From positions 2,250,001-2,282,000 of the forward strand of contig NC_017039.1 in NCBI RefSeq assembly GCF_000284455.1: a stretch of DNA of 32,000 bases, read 5' to 3'. The position numbers were made by a program, and so were the translations under genes. The notes beneath the pieces were generated by a model. That model was not told where the DNA came from, made no database searches, and saw only the letters and a list, made by a program, of their open reading frames with translations. Origin of the DNA: Synechocystis sp. PCC 6803 substr. PCC-P (GTDB taxonomy: Bacteria > Cyanobacteriota > Cyanobacteriia > Cyanobacteriales > Microcystaceae). The number at the start of each line of letters is the position of its first letter. Positions within the stretch are counted from its first letter, which is position 1. Below are positions 10,494-19,406 of this stretch, one piece after another.

Positions 10494-10513
10494 AAAGCCT
10501 GGGGGCTTTTGTT
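10494..10513 (+). terminator. Probable rho-independent terminator downstream of the LysM/M23 gene
   Basis: aaagcc-tggg-ggcttt followed by tgttt: a 6 bp stem with a 4 nt loop and a T-rich tail. Confidence 0.6.
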
Positions 10514-10544
10514 TGAGGGGGCGACGGAATAAAGTTTTTGGCAA

Positions 10545-10572
10545 CAAAAAAGATGGATCCTTAGGACCCATC
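10545..10572 (-). terminator. Probable rho-independent terminator of lrtA/hpf
   Basis: On the minus strand: GATGGGTCC-TAA-GGATCCATC followed by TTTTTT (plus-strand aaaaaa at 10545-10551). 9 bp stem with one G-T wobble. Confidence 0.75.
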
Positions 10573-10630
10573 CTTGCTTTATTTTGAGGTTATGACACTA
10601 GGTTAGATTAGACTTCACTTCAGTAATTAA

Positions 10631-11206
10631 CTAGCTGGCTTGGTGGGGTTGAATAACGCCATAGCCGCCATGGTTACGAATGTAGATGACGTTGATTTCA
10701 TCTGTGTCCTTGTTACGGAACATATAAAAGTCATGGTCCACCAACTGTAGCTGTTCCAGAGCGTCTTCAATGGCCATGGGGGGCATAGCAAAATATTTCA
10801 TCCGCAATACCTCCGAAGGTAGCTCGGGAGCCCGATCGCCGATGAGATTTTCTTCCACTGGCTTGTCTTCAACAATTTCGCTTGTTTTGACATTGCCATG
10901 TTGCTTATCTTGGATGCGTTCTTTATATTTCCGCAACTGACGGGCAATTTTGTCGGCAACTAGGTCGATGCTGGCGTAAAGATTTTCACTGCCTTCCTGG
11001 GCCCTGATCACTGTGCCATTGGCATAAACCGTTACTTCCGCCTTATGTTTGTTAGTAATGCGGGCGTTGCGGGCCACGGAAAGATGAACATCAACTTTGG
11101 TGGTCAGATTTTGAAAGTGTTTAACTGCTCTTTCGACTTTTTCTTCCACGTAATCATGAATCGCTTCAGTAACTGTGATATTATTGCCCTGAATTAACAG
11201 TTTCAT
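10631..11206 (-). CDS. lrtA: Long-form ribosome hibernation promoting factor / light-repressed protein LrtA
   Basis: 191 aa. [47 protein letters not shown]...; C-terminal long-HPF domain [38 protein letters not shown] Shine-Dalgarno-like sequence upstream. Confidence 0.95.
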
Positions 11207-11263
11207 ACTGAATTCTCCCTTCGTAAAATTAATAAAAAATGAGCAATGGTTGGTTTTCCGCAG

Positions 11264-11296
11264 ATCTAAACTTAAGTTATAAAAACTAAGTTAGAT
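11264..11296 (-). promoter_or_regulatory. Imperfect hairpin in the probable 5' leader of lrtA
   Basis: Plus-strand ATCTAAACTTAAGTT-ATAAA-AACTAAGTTAGAT: about 13 paired positions with two single-A bulges, 58-90 nt upstream of the lrtA ATG. Its regulatory role is inferred. Confidence 0.45.
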
Positions 11297-11652
11297 TGGG
11301 CAATTTTTCCGAGAAACAGTGAGGTGGAATCATTACTTAAAATGCCTTTCTGCTAAAGATATCAAAAGCATGGATCATTGAAAAAACACCATAAATTTGA
11401 GCTTGGTGATGAATTATAAACCCAACCTTGTTATTCTCTAGTTTACTTTTAATCATCCCTAGGGTAGAGGTAAAGTTTTCCAGAAAATTGTGGTGGTAAA
11501 TAATTAACTCCTAAGACTATCTTCAGATTAGCACTATGTATTGAATAAGACCTAATCGGTCAGGTGATTTTGACTTTCCTTTGCATCTCTTTACGTTTCT
11601 TAATTTCTGCCAACTTTGAACTTTAGTTTGATTCCGTTTCCTTTGTAGCGCC

Positions 11653-12336
11653 ATGGCCAATCCTTCCTGTCGTTTATTATCGTTCGGACTTGTGCCCTAC
11701 TGCCAAGCTTGGCAATATCAGCGGCGATGGGTCAGAGCCAAACAGCGCGATCGCCAACGGGAGGACGGACTAATGTTGTTGGAGCATCCCCCGGTCTACA
11801 CCCTGGGCACTGGCTCCCAAACCAAATATCTGAAGTTCGACCCGGCATATCCCCCAGCGGAATTGTGGCGCACGGAACGGGGTGGGGAAGTCACTTACCA
11901 TTGTCCGGGGCAATTGGTAGGCTATCCGATCCTGGATTTAAACCATTTCCAGAAGGATCTGCACTGGTATTTACGACAACTGGAAGAGGTGCTGATCATC
12001 ACCCTGGAGAAATTGGACCTGCAGGGGGAACGCATTGCTGGTTTAACGGGGGTTTGGTTGGAAGGTCATAAGGTAGCGGCGATCGCCATTAAGGTTAGTG
12101 GCTGGGTTACGTGCCATGGTTTTGCTTTGAATATTTGCCCCGACCTAGAGGGATTTAGTCACATTGTGCCCTGTGGCATTGGCGATCGGCCTGTAGGAAG
12201 CCTAAACCAGTTCTTGCCTGGTCTCACTGTGGAGATAGTTCAACCTCTAGTTATTCAAGCCTTTGCCGAAGTATTTCCGGTTACCTGGATCGCCACTGGA
12301 GAAATGCCCTGCTGGCTTAGCGACGATGTTGCTTAG
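11653..12336 (+). CDS. lipB: Lipoyl(octanoyl) transferase
   Basis: 227 aa. [14 protein letters not shown] ... [24 protein letters not shown] ... [29 protein letters not shown]; LipB motifs. Confidence 0.94.
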   Translation: MANPSCRLLSFGLVPYCQAWQYQRRWVRAKQRDRQREDGLMLLEHPPVYTLGTGSQTKYLKFDPAYPPAELWRTERGGEVTYHCPGQLVGYPILDLNHFQKDLHWYLRQLEEVLIITLEKLDLQGERIAGLTGVWLEGHKVAAIAIKVSGWVTCHGFALNICPDLEGFSHIVPCGIGDRPVGSLNQFLPGLTVEIVQPLVIQAFAEVFPVTWIATGEMPCWLSDDVA

Positions 12337-12607
12337 TTAACATGGGCAGAGGTTGTCGCTGGGTACTACCACTGGGGGGCAAATAACGGCGGGGAGATTG
12401 TTTCACGGCGATCGCCTTAGTTTTTTCTGACTGCCACCAGCGTATGCCCACCCCTAACATGGCTACCATTAAGCCCAGGGAAAATAAACTCCATTTACCA
12501 TCTACTCCACCCATGACCATATCCACCGCCGCCACAATTAGAATGAAGCTGGAAATCGGCTCACGGCGATAAAAAACTTTGACAAAACGGGGCCAGTAAA
12601 AATTCAT
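12317..12607 (-). CDS. Small hypothetical membrane protein
   Basis: 96 aa ORF with two hydrophobic segments ([17 protein letters not shown]; [18 protein letters not shown]). Its 3' end overlaps the lipB 3' end by 20 nt. Confidence 0.6.
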   Translation of the reverse strand: MNFYWPRFVKVFYRREPISSFILIVAAVDMVMGGVDGKWSLFSLGLMVAMLGVGIRWWQSEKTKAIAVKQSPRRYLPPSGSTQRQPLPMLTKQHRR

Positions 12608-12807
12608 TCCTAAATGGTTCCAAAACCCTCTGGGGGAAGCTCAACTACAATATAGCCTTTATTTGTAATTTCTCTCGGCTGTGAACGGGATGGTTAAGCT
12701 GGCAGTAACCAAGGAGGAAGGGCTTGGCAAAAGCAAAATTCTAAGGGCGAGCGATCAAGACCACCATTAGGGAGCTTTTGGTAACATGTTTGGAGTTTTG
12801 GAAAAAA

Positions 12808-12879
12808 TGGGTCGCCTGGGATTCGAACCCAAGACCAATCGGTTAAAAGCCGAGTGCTCTACCGCTGAGCTAGCGACCC
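12808..12879 (-). tRNA. trnK: tRNA-Lys (anticodon UUU)
   Basis: Reverse complement GGGTCGCTAGCTCAGCGGTAGAGCACTCGGCTTTTAACCGATTGGTCTTGGGTTCGAATCCCAGGCGACCCA. It has a 7 bp acceptor stem, anticodon loop CTTTTAA and T-loop GGTTCGAATC. No encoded CCA; a T run follows the discriminator base. Confidence 0.97.
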
Positions 12880-13038
12880 GTTGTGCTTCATTGGCACGAT
12901 TTATAACGTTAACATAGCTTTTGCTTCACCACAAGCATTGATCAGAAAAAATTTTCAAATTTGCCTAGGCAAGGAGAATTGGGGTCGGCAGTGGAGCGGG
13001 ATTAGGGTTCAGGATTTTACTTCACTGCCGGGAGATTG

Positions 13039-14472
13039 TTAGCGATAGGAAGCAGTTAACTCAGCGATTTTTTCCTCTTCCATGGGGCTTAATTCCTCCG
13101 GTTTCCCCACCACGCCCTTATAAACTTTGATATATTCCCCGGCGGAACGGTACCAACTAAAGTCTGCCCGCATGGCCCGTTGCTGTAATTTTTGCCAATC
13201 TGCCTTGAAACGGAAACCCTCCCAGGCCCGCACCATGGCCGTAAAGCAATCCAGGGGTTCATAACGGTCAAAGCAATAGCCGGTGCCGGCTTCATTGATA
13301 GGATCGTAGAAGGATACCGTATCCACCAAACCCCCTGTCCGCCGCACAATGGGGATACAGCCATAACGCATGGCCATCAATTGACTCAGCCCACAGGGCT
13401 CAAAGCGAGAAGGCATTAAAAACACATCCGCCCCGGCATAGACTCGACGGGAAAGGGCATCGTTGTGGAGTAATTGCACCGCCATCCGCCCAGGAAATCG
13501 GGAAGCCATCTGCCAAAGTTGGGTTTCGTAATGGCGATCGCCAGTGCCGAGGATAATTAACTGGGAATCGGTGTAGGACATGAAGCGGTCAAGGATCTGA
13601 ATCACCAAATCAATCCCCTTTTGTTCCACCAAGCGAGCCACTATACCCACCACCATGGCATTACGATTAATTTCTAACCCCGTTTCCTCCTGGATGGCAA
13701 TTTTATTTTTCACCCGCTTGTCCAAACTGTCCGCATCGAAAACATTGCTGATAAAGCGGTCTTCCGCCGGGTTGTAAATCTCCGTATCAATACCGTTGAG
13801 AATACCGACTAAATTACCACTCAGGTAGGACAATAACCCTTCCAGCTTTTCCCCATAGGCCGGGGTTTGGATCTGTTGGGCATAGGTGGGAGAAACGGTA
13901 GTCACCCGATTGGCAAATTGAATCGCCGCCGCCATCACATTGTCTCCCTGCATGTACCAAGGACACCAAGTCATAGTTTCAAGCAAGCCCCGCCAGGGCC
14001 CTTGGTAAGCAAGATTATGGATGGTGAAAACGGTGGCGATGTCTGGGGACTGATGCATCCAAACAGGGATCATGCCAGTGTGCCAATCATGGCAATGGAT
14101 AATTTCCGGCTTCCAATGGTTCCAGGCAAATTCAGCTGCCCCGTTAGAAAAAAAAGTGAACCGCCACGCCTCGTCATCTCCGCCATAGATCCTTCGGGAG
14201 TCGAAAGCTGGATGGCCGAACAAGTAGAGAGGAATTTTGGTGTCCGGTAGATAGGACTGGTAAACAGCAAACTGCTGGAACATGGCTTCCCCTTTCCAGA
14301 CCGGCTCCTTGGGCACATCAATCTTGTCGCCGATGAAACCGTAGTAGGGCATGAAGACACGGACATCATGGCCCAACTGATGCAGAACTTTAGGCAGGGA
14401 ACCCACCACATCCCCCATGCCACCTACCTTTGCTAGGGGGGATACTTCCGCCGCCACAAATAAAATCTTCAT
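13039..14472 (-). CDS. glgA: Glycogen (starch) synthase
   Basis: 477 aa. [30 protein letters not shown]...; C-terminal [33 protein letters not shown] motif of GT5 glycogen synthases. Confidence 0.96.
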   Translation of the reverse strand: MKILFVAAEVSPLAKVGGMGDVVGSLPKVLHQLGHDVRVFMPYYGFIGDKIDVPKEPVWKGEAMFQQFAVYQSYLPDTKIPLYLFGHPAFDSRRIYGGDDEAWRFTFFSNGAAEFAWNHWKPEIIHCHDWHTGMIPVWMHQSPDIATVFTIHNLAYQGPWRGLLETMTWCPWYMQGDNVMAAAIQFANRVTTVSPTYAQQIQTPAYGEKLEGLLSYLSGNLVGILNGIDTEIYNPAEDRFISNVFDADSLDKRVKNKIAIQEETGLEINRNAMVVGIVARLVEQKGIDLVIQILDRFMSYTDSQLIILGTGDRHYETQLWQMASRFPGRMAVQLLHNDALSRRVYAGADVFLMPSRFEPCGLSQLMAMRYGCIPIVRRTGGLVDTVSFYDPINEAGTGYCFDRYEPLDCFTAMVRAWEGFRFKADWQKLQQRAMRADFSWYRSAGEYIKVYKGVVGKPEELSPMEEEKIAELTASYR

Positions 14473-14675
14473 ACCGTCGTTATTCCACTAATTGAGTTCA
14501 GGGCCTGGTTGCCATACTTTCCGCTCAATTATATGACGGTGGTGGTTACCCATCGGAGAGAGTAATTAACAGTTTCTGCTTTCCATCCCTATACCTTTTT
14601 CTTAGTGCTTTGTCCGTGGACTATCCATTGCCGGCCGGTGGCATGGCCTAAGTATTCCAATTCATTAATTCATTG

Positions 14676-15014
14676 CTAAGCCACTAAGGATTGGGAAGTC
14701 ATATCCTCGGACTCGTGTTCTTTTTCTGGAGAGATGAAACCGCCCGCTGCTAATCCGTCGGGATCAATACTCAGTTGTTCGCAGGGAATGGTGTCCGAAA
14801 TAATCGAGCTGGCCATCATGCCAGTATGAATTTCTAACTGAGCGCTGGGCACTGCCTCAAATACTAACCGTTGACCAGGGAACACAACTCTTTCAAAATA
14901 CCAATTAGGGACATTGGTAATGCGGGCCACTTGGATTTGATTGGTGGCATTGACGTAGCAACAGAATAAGGCTGATGGCTGGTTGTTGGGGATGGGATCA
15001 AGAATTTGGGACAT
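14676..15014 (-). CDS. Conserved cyanobacterial protein, DUF1830-like
   Basis: Internal ATG gives MSQILDPIPNNQPSALFCCYVNATNQIQVARITNVPNWYFERVVFPGQRLVFEAVPSAQLEIH...; recalled DUF1830-type sequence. The upstream extension in the track (to 15170) looks non-coding. Confidence 0.75.
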   Translation of the reverse strand: MSQILDPIPNNQPSALFCCYVNATNQIQVARITNVPNWYFERVVFPGQRLVFEAVPSAQLEIHTGMMASSIISDTIPCEQLSIDPDGLAAGGFISPEKEHESEDMTSQSLVA

Positions 15015-15315
15015 GGCAGGCATGGGATTTTTATTAAAAAAAGGTCTTTTAACTATTCTGGACAAAGCTAACACCCGCTGATCCCGATCCGCTGTAAAGA
15101 TAATTACAATCAAATTTTTTGACTCTGGCTTTGTCCCTGGACTCAAGAAAATTTTTCCGAGGCATTGCACTTTGGCGTTGGTGATTACTTGGGGCTAGAA
15201 CGGTCAGAATGCTGAGGGTGGCGGCTCCGAGCAATCGTTAAGATATATTACAATTGTGAGTAAGTGGGGGTAGTCCCTCCCGTTGCTGATCTCACCCTAC
15301 CAGTGCCCCAACGCC

Positions 15316-16911
15316 ATGATCGATCGCCTTTTGTACGTTCGTCTTCCCTGTAACCCGATTTTCCCCATTGGGGTGATTTATCTGGCGGACCATGTCCATA
15401 AATGTTTTCCGGCGACCGCCCAGCGGATTTTCGATTTAGGCACCATTCCTCCCCTGGATTTCAACCGGGCCCTTGATGAATGTATTGATGAATTTCAGCC
15501 GACAATTTTGGTTTTTTCCTGGCGGGACATTCAAATCTATGCTCCGGTGGGGGGTAGGGGTGGTAATCCCCTGCAGAACGCGTTTGAGTTTTACTACGGA
15601 AAAAATCCCTTGGTGAAGCTGAGGGGAGCCTTAGGTGGTTTGAAAGTTACCAGTGCCTATTACGGCGAATTATGGCGTAATTTAAGACTAATAAACCGGG
15701 GATTGCGGAGGGCAAAGCGTTATTGCAGTGATCCCCAAATCATTGTCGGGGGCGGAGCAGTTAGTGTTTTTTACGAACAGTTAAAAACCAAGTTGCCAGC
15801 GGGCACCATTGTGTCTGTGGGAGAAGGGGAAACCCTGTTAGAAAAATATCTACGGGGGCAAACCATTGAAGACGAACGGTGTTACATAGTCGGCCGCAGT
15901 CAGCCCCGGCCCCGGTTAATCCATGAACAGCCCTCCCCCATGGTAAAAACTGCCTGTGATTATGACTACATCGAGCAAATTTGGCCGGCCTTTGACTATT
16001 ACCTCCAGGAGGATGATTTTTACCTAGGGGTACAAACTAAGCGGGGTTGTCCCCACAATTGCTGTTACTGCGTTTACACCGTGGTGGAAGGGAAACAGGT
16101 CAGAATTAATCCCGCCGCCGAAGTGGTCAAGGAAATGCGGCAACTTTATGACCGGGGCATTCGCAATTTTTGGTTCACCGATGCTCAATTTATTCCGGCT
16201 AGGGTTTTTATAGATGATGTGGTGGAATTGCTGGAGGCGATCGCCGCGTCGGGCATGGAGGATATCCATTGGGCTGCCTATATCCGAGCTGACAATTTAA
16301 CCCCTCGGTTGTGTGAACTGATGGTACAAACGGGGATGAACTACTTTGAAATTGGTATCACCAGTGGTTCCCAGGAATTGGTACGCAAAATGCGCATGGG
16401 TTACAATCTCCGCACCGTGTTACAGAATTGTCGGGATCTAAAGGGGGCAGGCTTTAATGATTTGGTTTCCGTCAATTATTCCTTCAATGTTATTGATGAA
16501 ACCCTAGACACCATCCGCCAAACCATTGCCTACCATCGGGAGTTAGAAGCTATTTTTGGGGCAGACAAAGTAGAACCAGCCATTTTCTTCATTGGGCTAC
16601 AGCCCCACACCCATCTGGAAACCTATGCCCTGGACAAGGAAATTCTCAAACCAGGCTATGACCCCATGAGCATGATGCCCTGGACCGCCAAAAAATTACT
16701 CTGGAATCCAGAACCCCTCGGCTCGTTTTTCGGCGAAGTTTGCCTCCAGGCTTGGCAACAAAATCCCAATGATTTCGGTCGAGAAGTGATGAATATTCTC
16801 GAGCAACGGCTGGGCAAAGCTGATCTCGAAACAGCCCTCCACTCCCCCCTGCCCGACAAAAAAAAATTTCCCCCTACCATGGCAGAGGGAAAAAAACTCA
16901 GTCCTATTTAG
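15316..16911 (+). CDS. B12-binding/radical SAM protein, resembling the 'photosystem II high light acclimation radical SAM protein' annotation
   Basis: N-terminal cobalamin-binding-like domain followed by radical SAM cluster motif CPHNCCYC (CX3CX2C). An ATG start at 15316 is preferred over the TTG at 15283. Confidence 0.83.
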   Translation: MIDRLLYVRLPCNPIFPIGVIYLADHVHKCFPATAQRIFDLGTIPPLDFNRALDECIDEFQPTILVFSWRDIQIYAPVGGRGGNPLQNAFEFYYGKNPLVKLRGALGGLKVTSAYYGELWRNLRLINRGLRRAKRYCSDPQIIVGGGAVSVFYEQLKTKLPAGTIVSVGEGETLLEKYLRGQTIEDERCYIVGRSQPRPRLIHEQPSPMVKTACDYDYIEQIWPAFDYYLQEDDFYLGVQTKRGCPHNCCYCVYTVVEGKQVRINPAAEVVKEMRQLYDRGIRNFWFTDAQFIPARVFIDDVVELLEAIAASGMEDIHWAAYIRADNLTPRLCELMVQTGMNYFEIGITSGSQELVRKMRMGYNLRTVLQNCRDLKGAGFNDLVSVNYSFNVIDETLDTIRQTIAYHRELEAIFGADKVEPAIFFIGLQPHTHLETYALDKEILKPGYDPMSMMPWTAKKLLWNPEPLGSFFGEVCLQAWQQNPNDFGREVMNILEQRLGKADLETALHSPLPDKKKFPPTMAEGKKLSPI

Positions 16912-16951
16912 CTTGGCCAGATGCTGGCCGAGTGGCACCGTAGTTGGGCAA

Positions 16952-17938
16952 CTAACTGGCGATAATATACTCTGCCATATTAGCCCGCCGACGCTTCAGT
17001 TGCGCAAGGGCTTGGTTTTCTAATTGGCGGACCCTTTCCCGGCTGATGTTGAGATGCTGGCCGATTTTAGCCAAAGATAGCTCTTGGCCATCGTTAAGAC
17101 CAAAACGCATGGTCAGCACAGCCTGTTGCTGGGGTGTTAATTCCGCCAGTAAATTTTGCAGGTCTTGACGCATGGACTCCTGGGTGATGTAAGCATCGGG
17201 GGAAACCCCTTCGTCCTCCAAGAGTTCGGACAATTCTGTGTCCTGATTATCCCCCACCCGCACATCGAGGGAGATGGGTTGGCGCGACAGACTGAGGTAC
17301 TCGCGAATTTGACTAGGGTCAATTTCCAGAGCCTTGGCTACTTCGGCGGGGGTGGCACTGCGGCCCAATTGTTGGGAAAGTTCCCGTTGGGTTTTTTTGA
17401 TTTTGTTTAACTTTTCAGTGATATGAATGGGCAAACGGATAGTCCGGCCCTGTTGGGCGATCGCCCGGGTGATGGCTTGGCGAATCCACCAGTAGGCATA
17501 GGTGGAGAATTTATAACCCTTGGTGGGGTCGAATTTTTCCACCCCCCGTTCTAAACCCAGGCTACCTTCTTGGATCAAATCCAAAAACTCCATATTGCGC
17601 TTCTGATATTTCTTGGCGATCGCCACCACCAACCGGAGGTTAGCTTCAATCATTTTCCGTTTGGCCCGTTCCCCTTGGCCCAGATAGCGGTGTAATTTCG
17701 TCACCGACAAATCCGCCGCTTCCGCCCATTCCGGGTCGGAGGGCTCTCGGCCCAATCTGTCAGCCAGGGCTTTCTTGTGCTCCAGCAGGGCCATCATTTG
17801 TTGGACTTGTTTACCGAGGATAATTTCTTGCTCATGGGTTAACAGGGGTACCCGACCAATTTCATGGAGATAGGACCTCACCATATCGGCGGTGAAAGTG
17901 GGGGGGGAGGTAGGGGAGGAGAGATTGGCGGTGGGCAT
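16952..17938 (-). CDS. sigB: Group 2 RNA polymerase sigma factor (SigB-like)
   Basis: Sigma-70 region 1.2 ([22 protein letters not shown]), region 2 ([61 protein letters not shown]), regions 3/4 ([28 protein letters not shown]). ATG at 17938 has AAGGAG 8 nt upstream; the ORF remains open up to 17998. Confidence 0.9.
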   Translation of the reverse strand: MPTANLSSPTSPPTFTADMVRSYLHEIGRVPLLTHEQEIILGKQVQQMMALLEHKKALADRLGREPSDPEWAEAADLSVTKLHRYLGQGERAKRKMIEANLRLVVAIAKKYQKRNMEFLDLIQEGSLGLERGVEKFDPTKGYKFSTYAYWWIRQAITRAIAQQGRTIRLPIHITEKLNKIKKTQRELSQQLGRSATPAEVAKALEIDPSQIREYLSLSRQPISLDVRVGDNQDTELSELLEDEGVSPDAYITQESMRQDLQNLLAELTPQQQAVLTMRFGLNDGQELSLAKIGQHLNISRERVRQLENQALAQLKRRRANMAEYIIAS

Positions 17939-18449
17939 TCGGAATGACTCCTTAATGAAGAGCAACAGAATAACTGTCACTGTTACCATCTTTCCCAAAA
18001 ATGTCTTAGACTAAGTCATTGATGGTGGAGAATAGGGTAGTGCAGTCGTCAATTTTTTTTACACCGTGTCCTAACGAGTGGGCCTTTAGACGCCGCAAAT
18101 GGTGACAAGGTTCGGGAATAAATAATAATTTTTGTGGTTCTAGGCTGGGGCGTTACCGCCGAAACCAATACCACGCTCCTACAGCCGCATAGCTAAAAAG
18201 ATACCCAAAAAATCAATATCACCATGATGACGAATCATTAAGGGATTCCACAAGGGCCAAGATGAAGGATTACCGAATGGCACAGTGGGGTTAACCCAAC
18301 ATATTTTTTTGTCAAGCTGGCAAGCCGTTTTCCAGGCGGATAGTTTACCTCCTTGACTTTTTCCTCTGGTTGATTAACTCAGTGGAGTTTTTAACGTTTT
18401 TCCGCTTGACCCTCCATAAACTAAGGAATTTTTAGGCTTGATTTTTTCA

Positions 18450-19397
18450 ATGGATATTCCCAACACCACCGCAACCATTGCAACTATTCCCCAGGCTCCT
18501 GCGGGTTTTCGTTCCGGCTTTGTGGCCATTGTCGGCCGTCCCAATGTGGGTAAATCAACTTTGATGAACCAATTGGTCGGACAAAAAATTGCCATCACTT
18601 CCCCCGTAGCCCAAACCACTCGCAACCGCTTACAGGGCATTATCACCACCCCCAGCAGTCAGATAATTTTGCTCGATACCCCTGGTATTCACAAACCCCA
18701 CCATGAGTTGGGAAGGGTGCTGGTAAAAAATGCGATCCAAGCTATCCATAGCGTTGATCTAGTCGTTTTTCTTGTGGACAGCAGTGCAACTTTGGGACGG
18801 GGAGACCGGTTTGTGGTGGATTTGCTGCAAAAAACTGACGGGCCGGTGGTGGTAGGACTCAATAAACAGGACCAACAGCCCCCAGACCAGCGGGAAGAAC
18901 TTAACGCTAGCTATGAAACCCTGACAGAAAACCATGGTTGGCCCTGCTTTAAATTTTCTGCTTTGACGGGGGAAGGTTTAAGCAATTTTCAGAGTGCCTT
19001 GGAGGCAAGACTGGATCCTGGCCCCTATTACTATCCGCCGGATTTGGTCACCGACCAGCCGGAACGGTTCATTATGGCCGAGTTAATTCGGGAGCAGATT
19101 TTGTTGCTCACCCGCCAGGAGGTGCCTCACTCCGTGGCGATCGCCATTGAGAAGGTGGAAGAAACGCCCGAACGCACCAATGTTTTTGCCGCCATCACAG
19201 TGGAAAGAGGTTCCCAAAAGGGCATTATCATTGGCCAAAAAGGTAGTATGCTTCAGGCGATCGGCACTGCGGCCCGGCAACAAATTCAAAAATTAATTTC
19301 CGGGGATGTTTATTTAAAACTATTTGTGAAAGTTGAACCAAAATGGCGGCAGTCTCGCCAGCAGTTGTTAGAATTTGGATACCGTGTGGAAGAGTAG
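18450..19397 (+). CDS. era: GTPase Era
   Basis: 315 aa from ATG 18450 (MDIPNTTATIATIPQAPAGFRSGFVAIVGRPNVGKSTLMNQLVGQKIAITSPVAQTTRNR...DTPGI...). C-terminal KH domain (IIIGQKGSMLQAIG). Confidence 0.96.
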   Translation: MDIPNTTATIATIPQAPAGFRSGFVAIVGRPNVGKSTLMNQLVGQKIAITSPVAQTTRNRLQGIITTPSSQIILLDTPGIHKPHHELGRVLVKNAIQAIHSVDLVVFLVDSSATLGRGDRFVVDLLQKTDGPVVVGLNKQDQQPPDQREELNASYETLTENHGWPCFKFSALTGEGLSNFQSALEARLDPGPYYYPPDLVTDQPERFIMAELIREQILLLTRQEVPHSVAIAIEKVEETPERTNVFAAITVERGSQKGIIIGQKGSMLQAIGTAARQQIQKLISGDVYLKLFVKVEPKWRQSRQQLLEFGYRVEE

Positions 19398-19406
19398 CAA
19401 GAAGCA

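Noticed and set aside
12780-13038. Possible genomic island insertion at the tRNA-Lys gene
   Set aside because: There is no integrase, no duplicated tRNA 3' end, and both flanks carry conserved housekeeping genes.
15049-15234. 61 aa minus-strand ORF between the DUF1830-like gene and the radical SAM gene
   Set aside because: It overlaps the probable promoter or leader region of the DUF1830-like gene and has no domain signal.
16696-16938. Minus-strand ORFs at the radical SAM 3' end
   Set aside because: They are antisense to well-supported coding sequence. FFLCHGRGKFFFVGQGG mirrors the Lys/Phe-rich C-terminus.
18374-18649. 91 aa minus-strand ORF over the era 5' end
   Set aside because: It is antisense to the conserved P-loop region of era, so it is best read as a shadow ORF.
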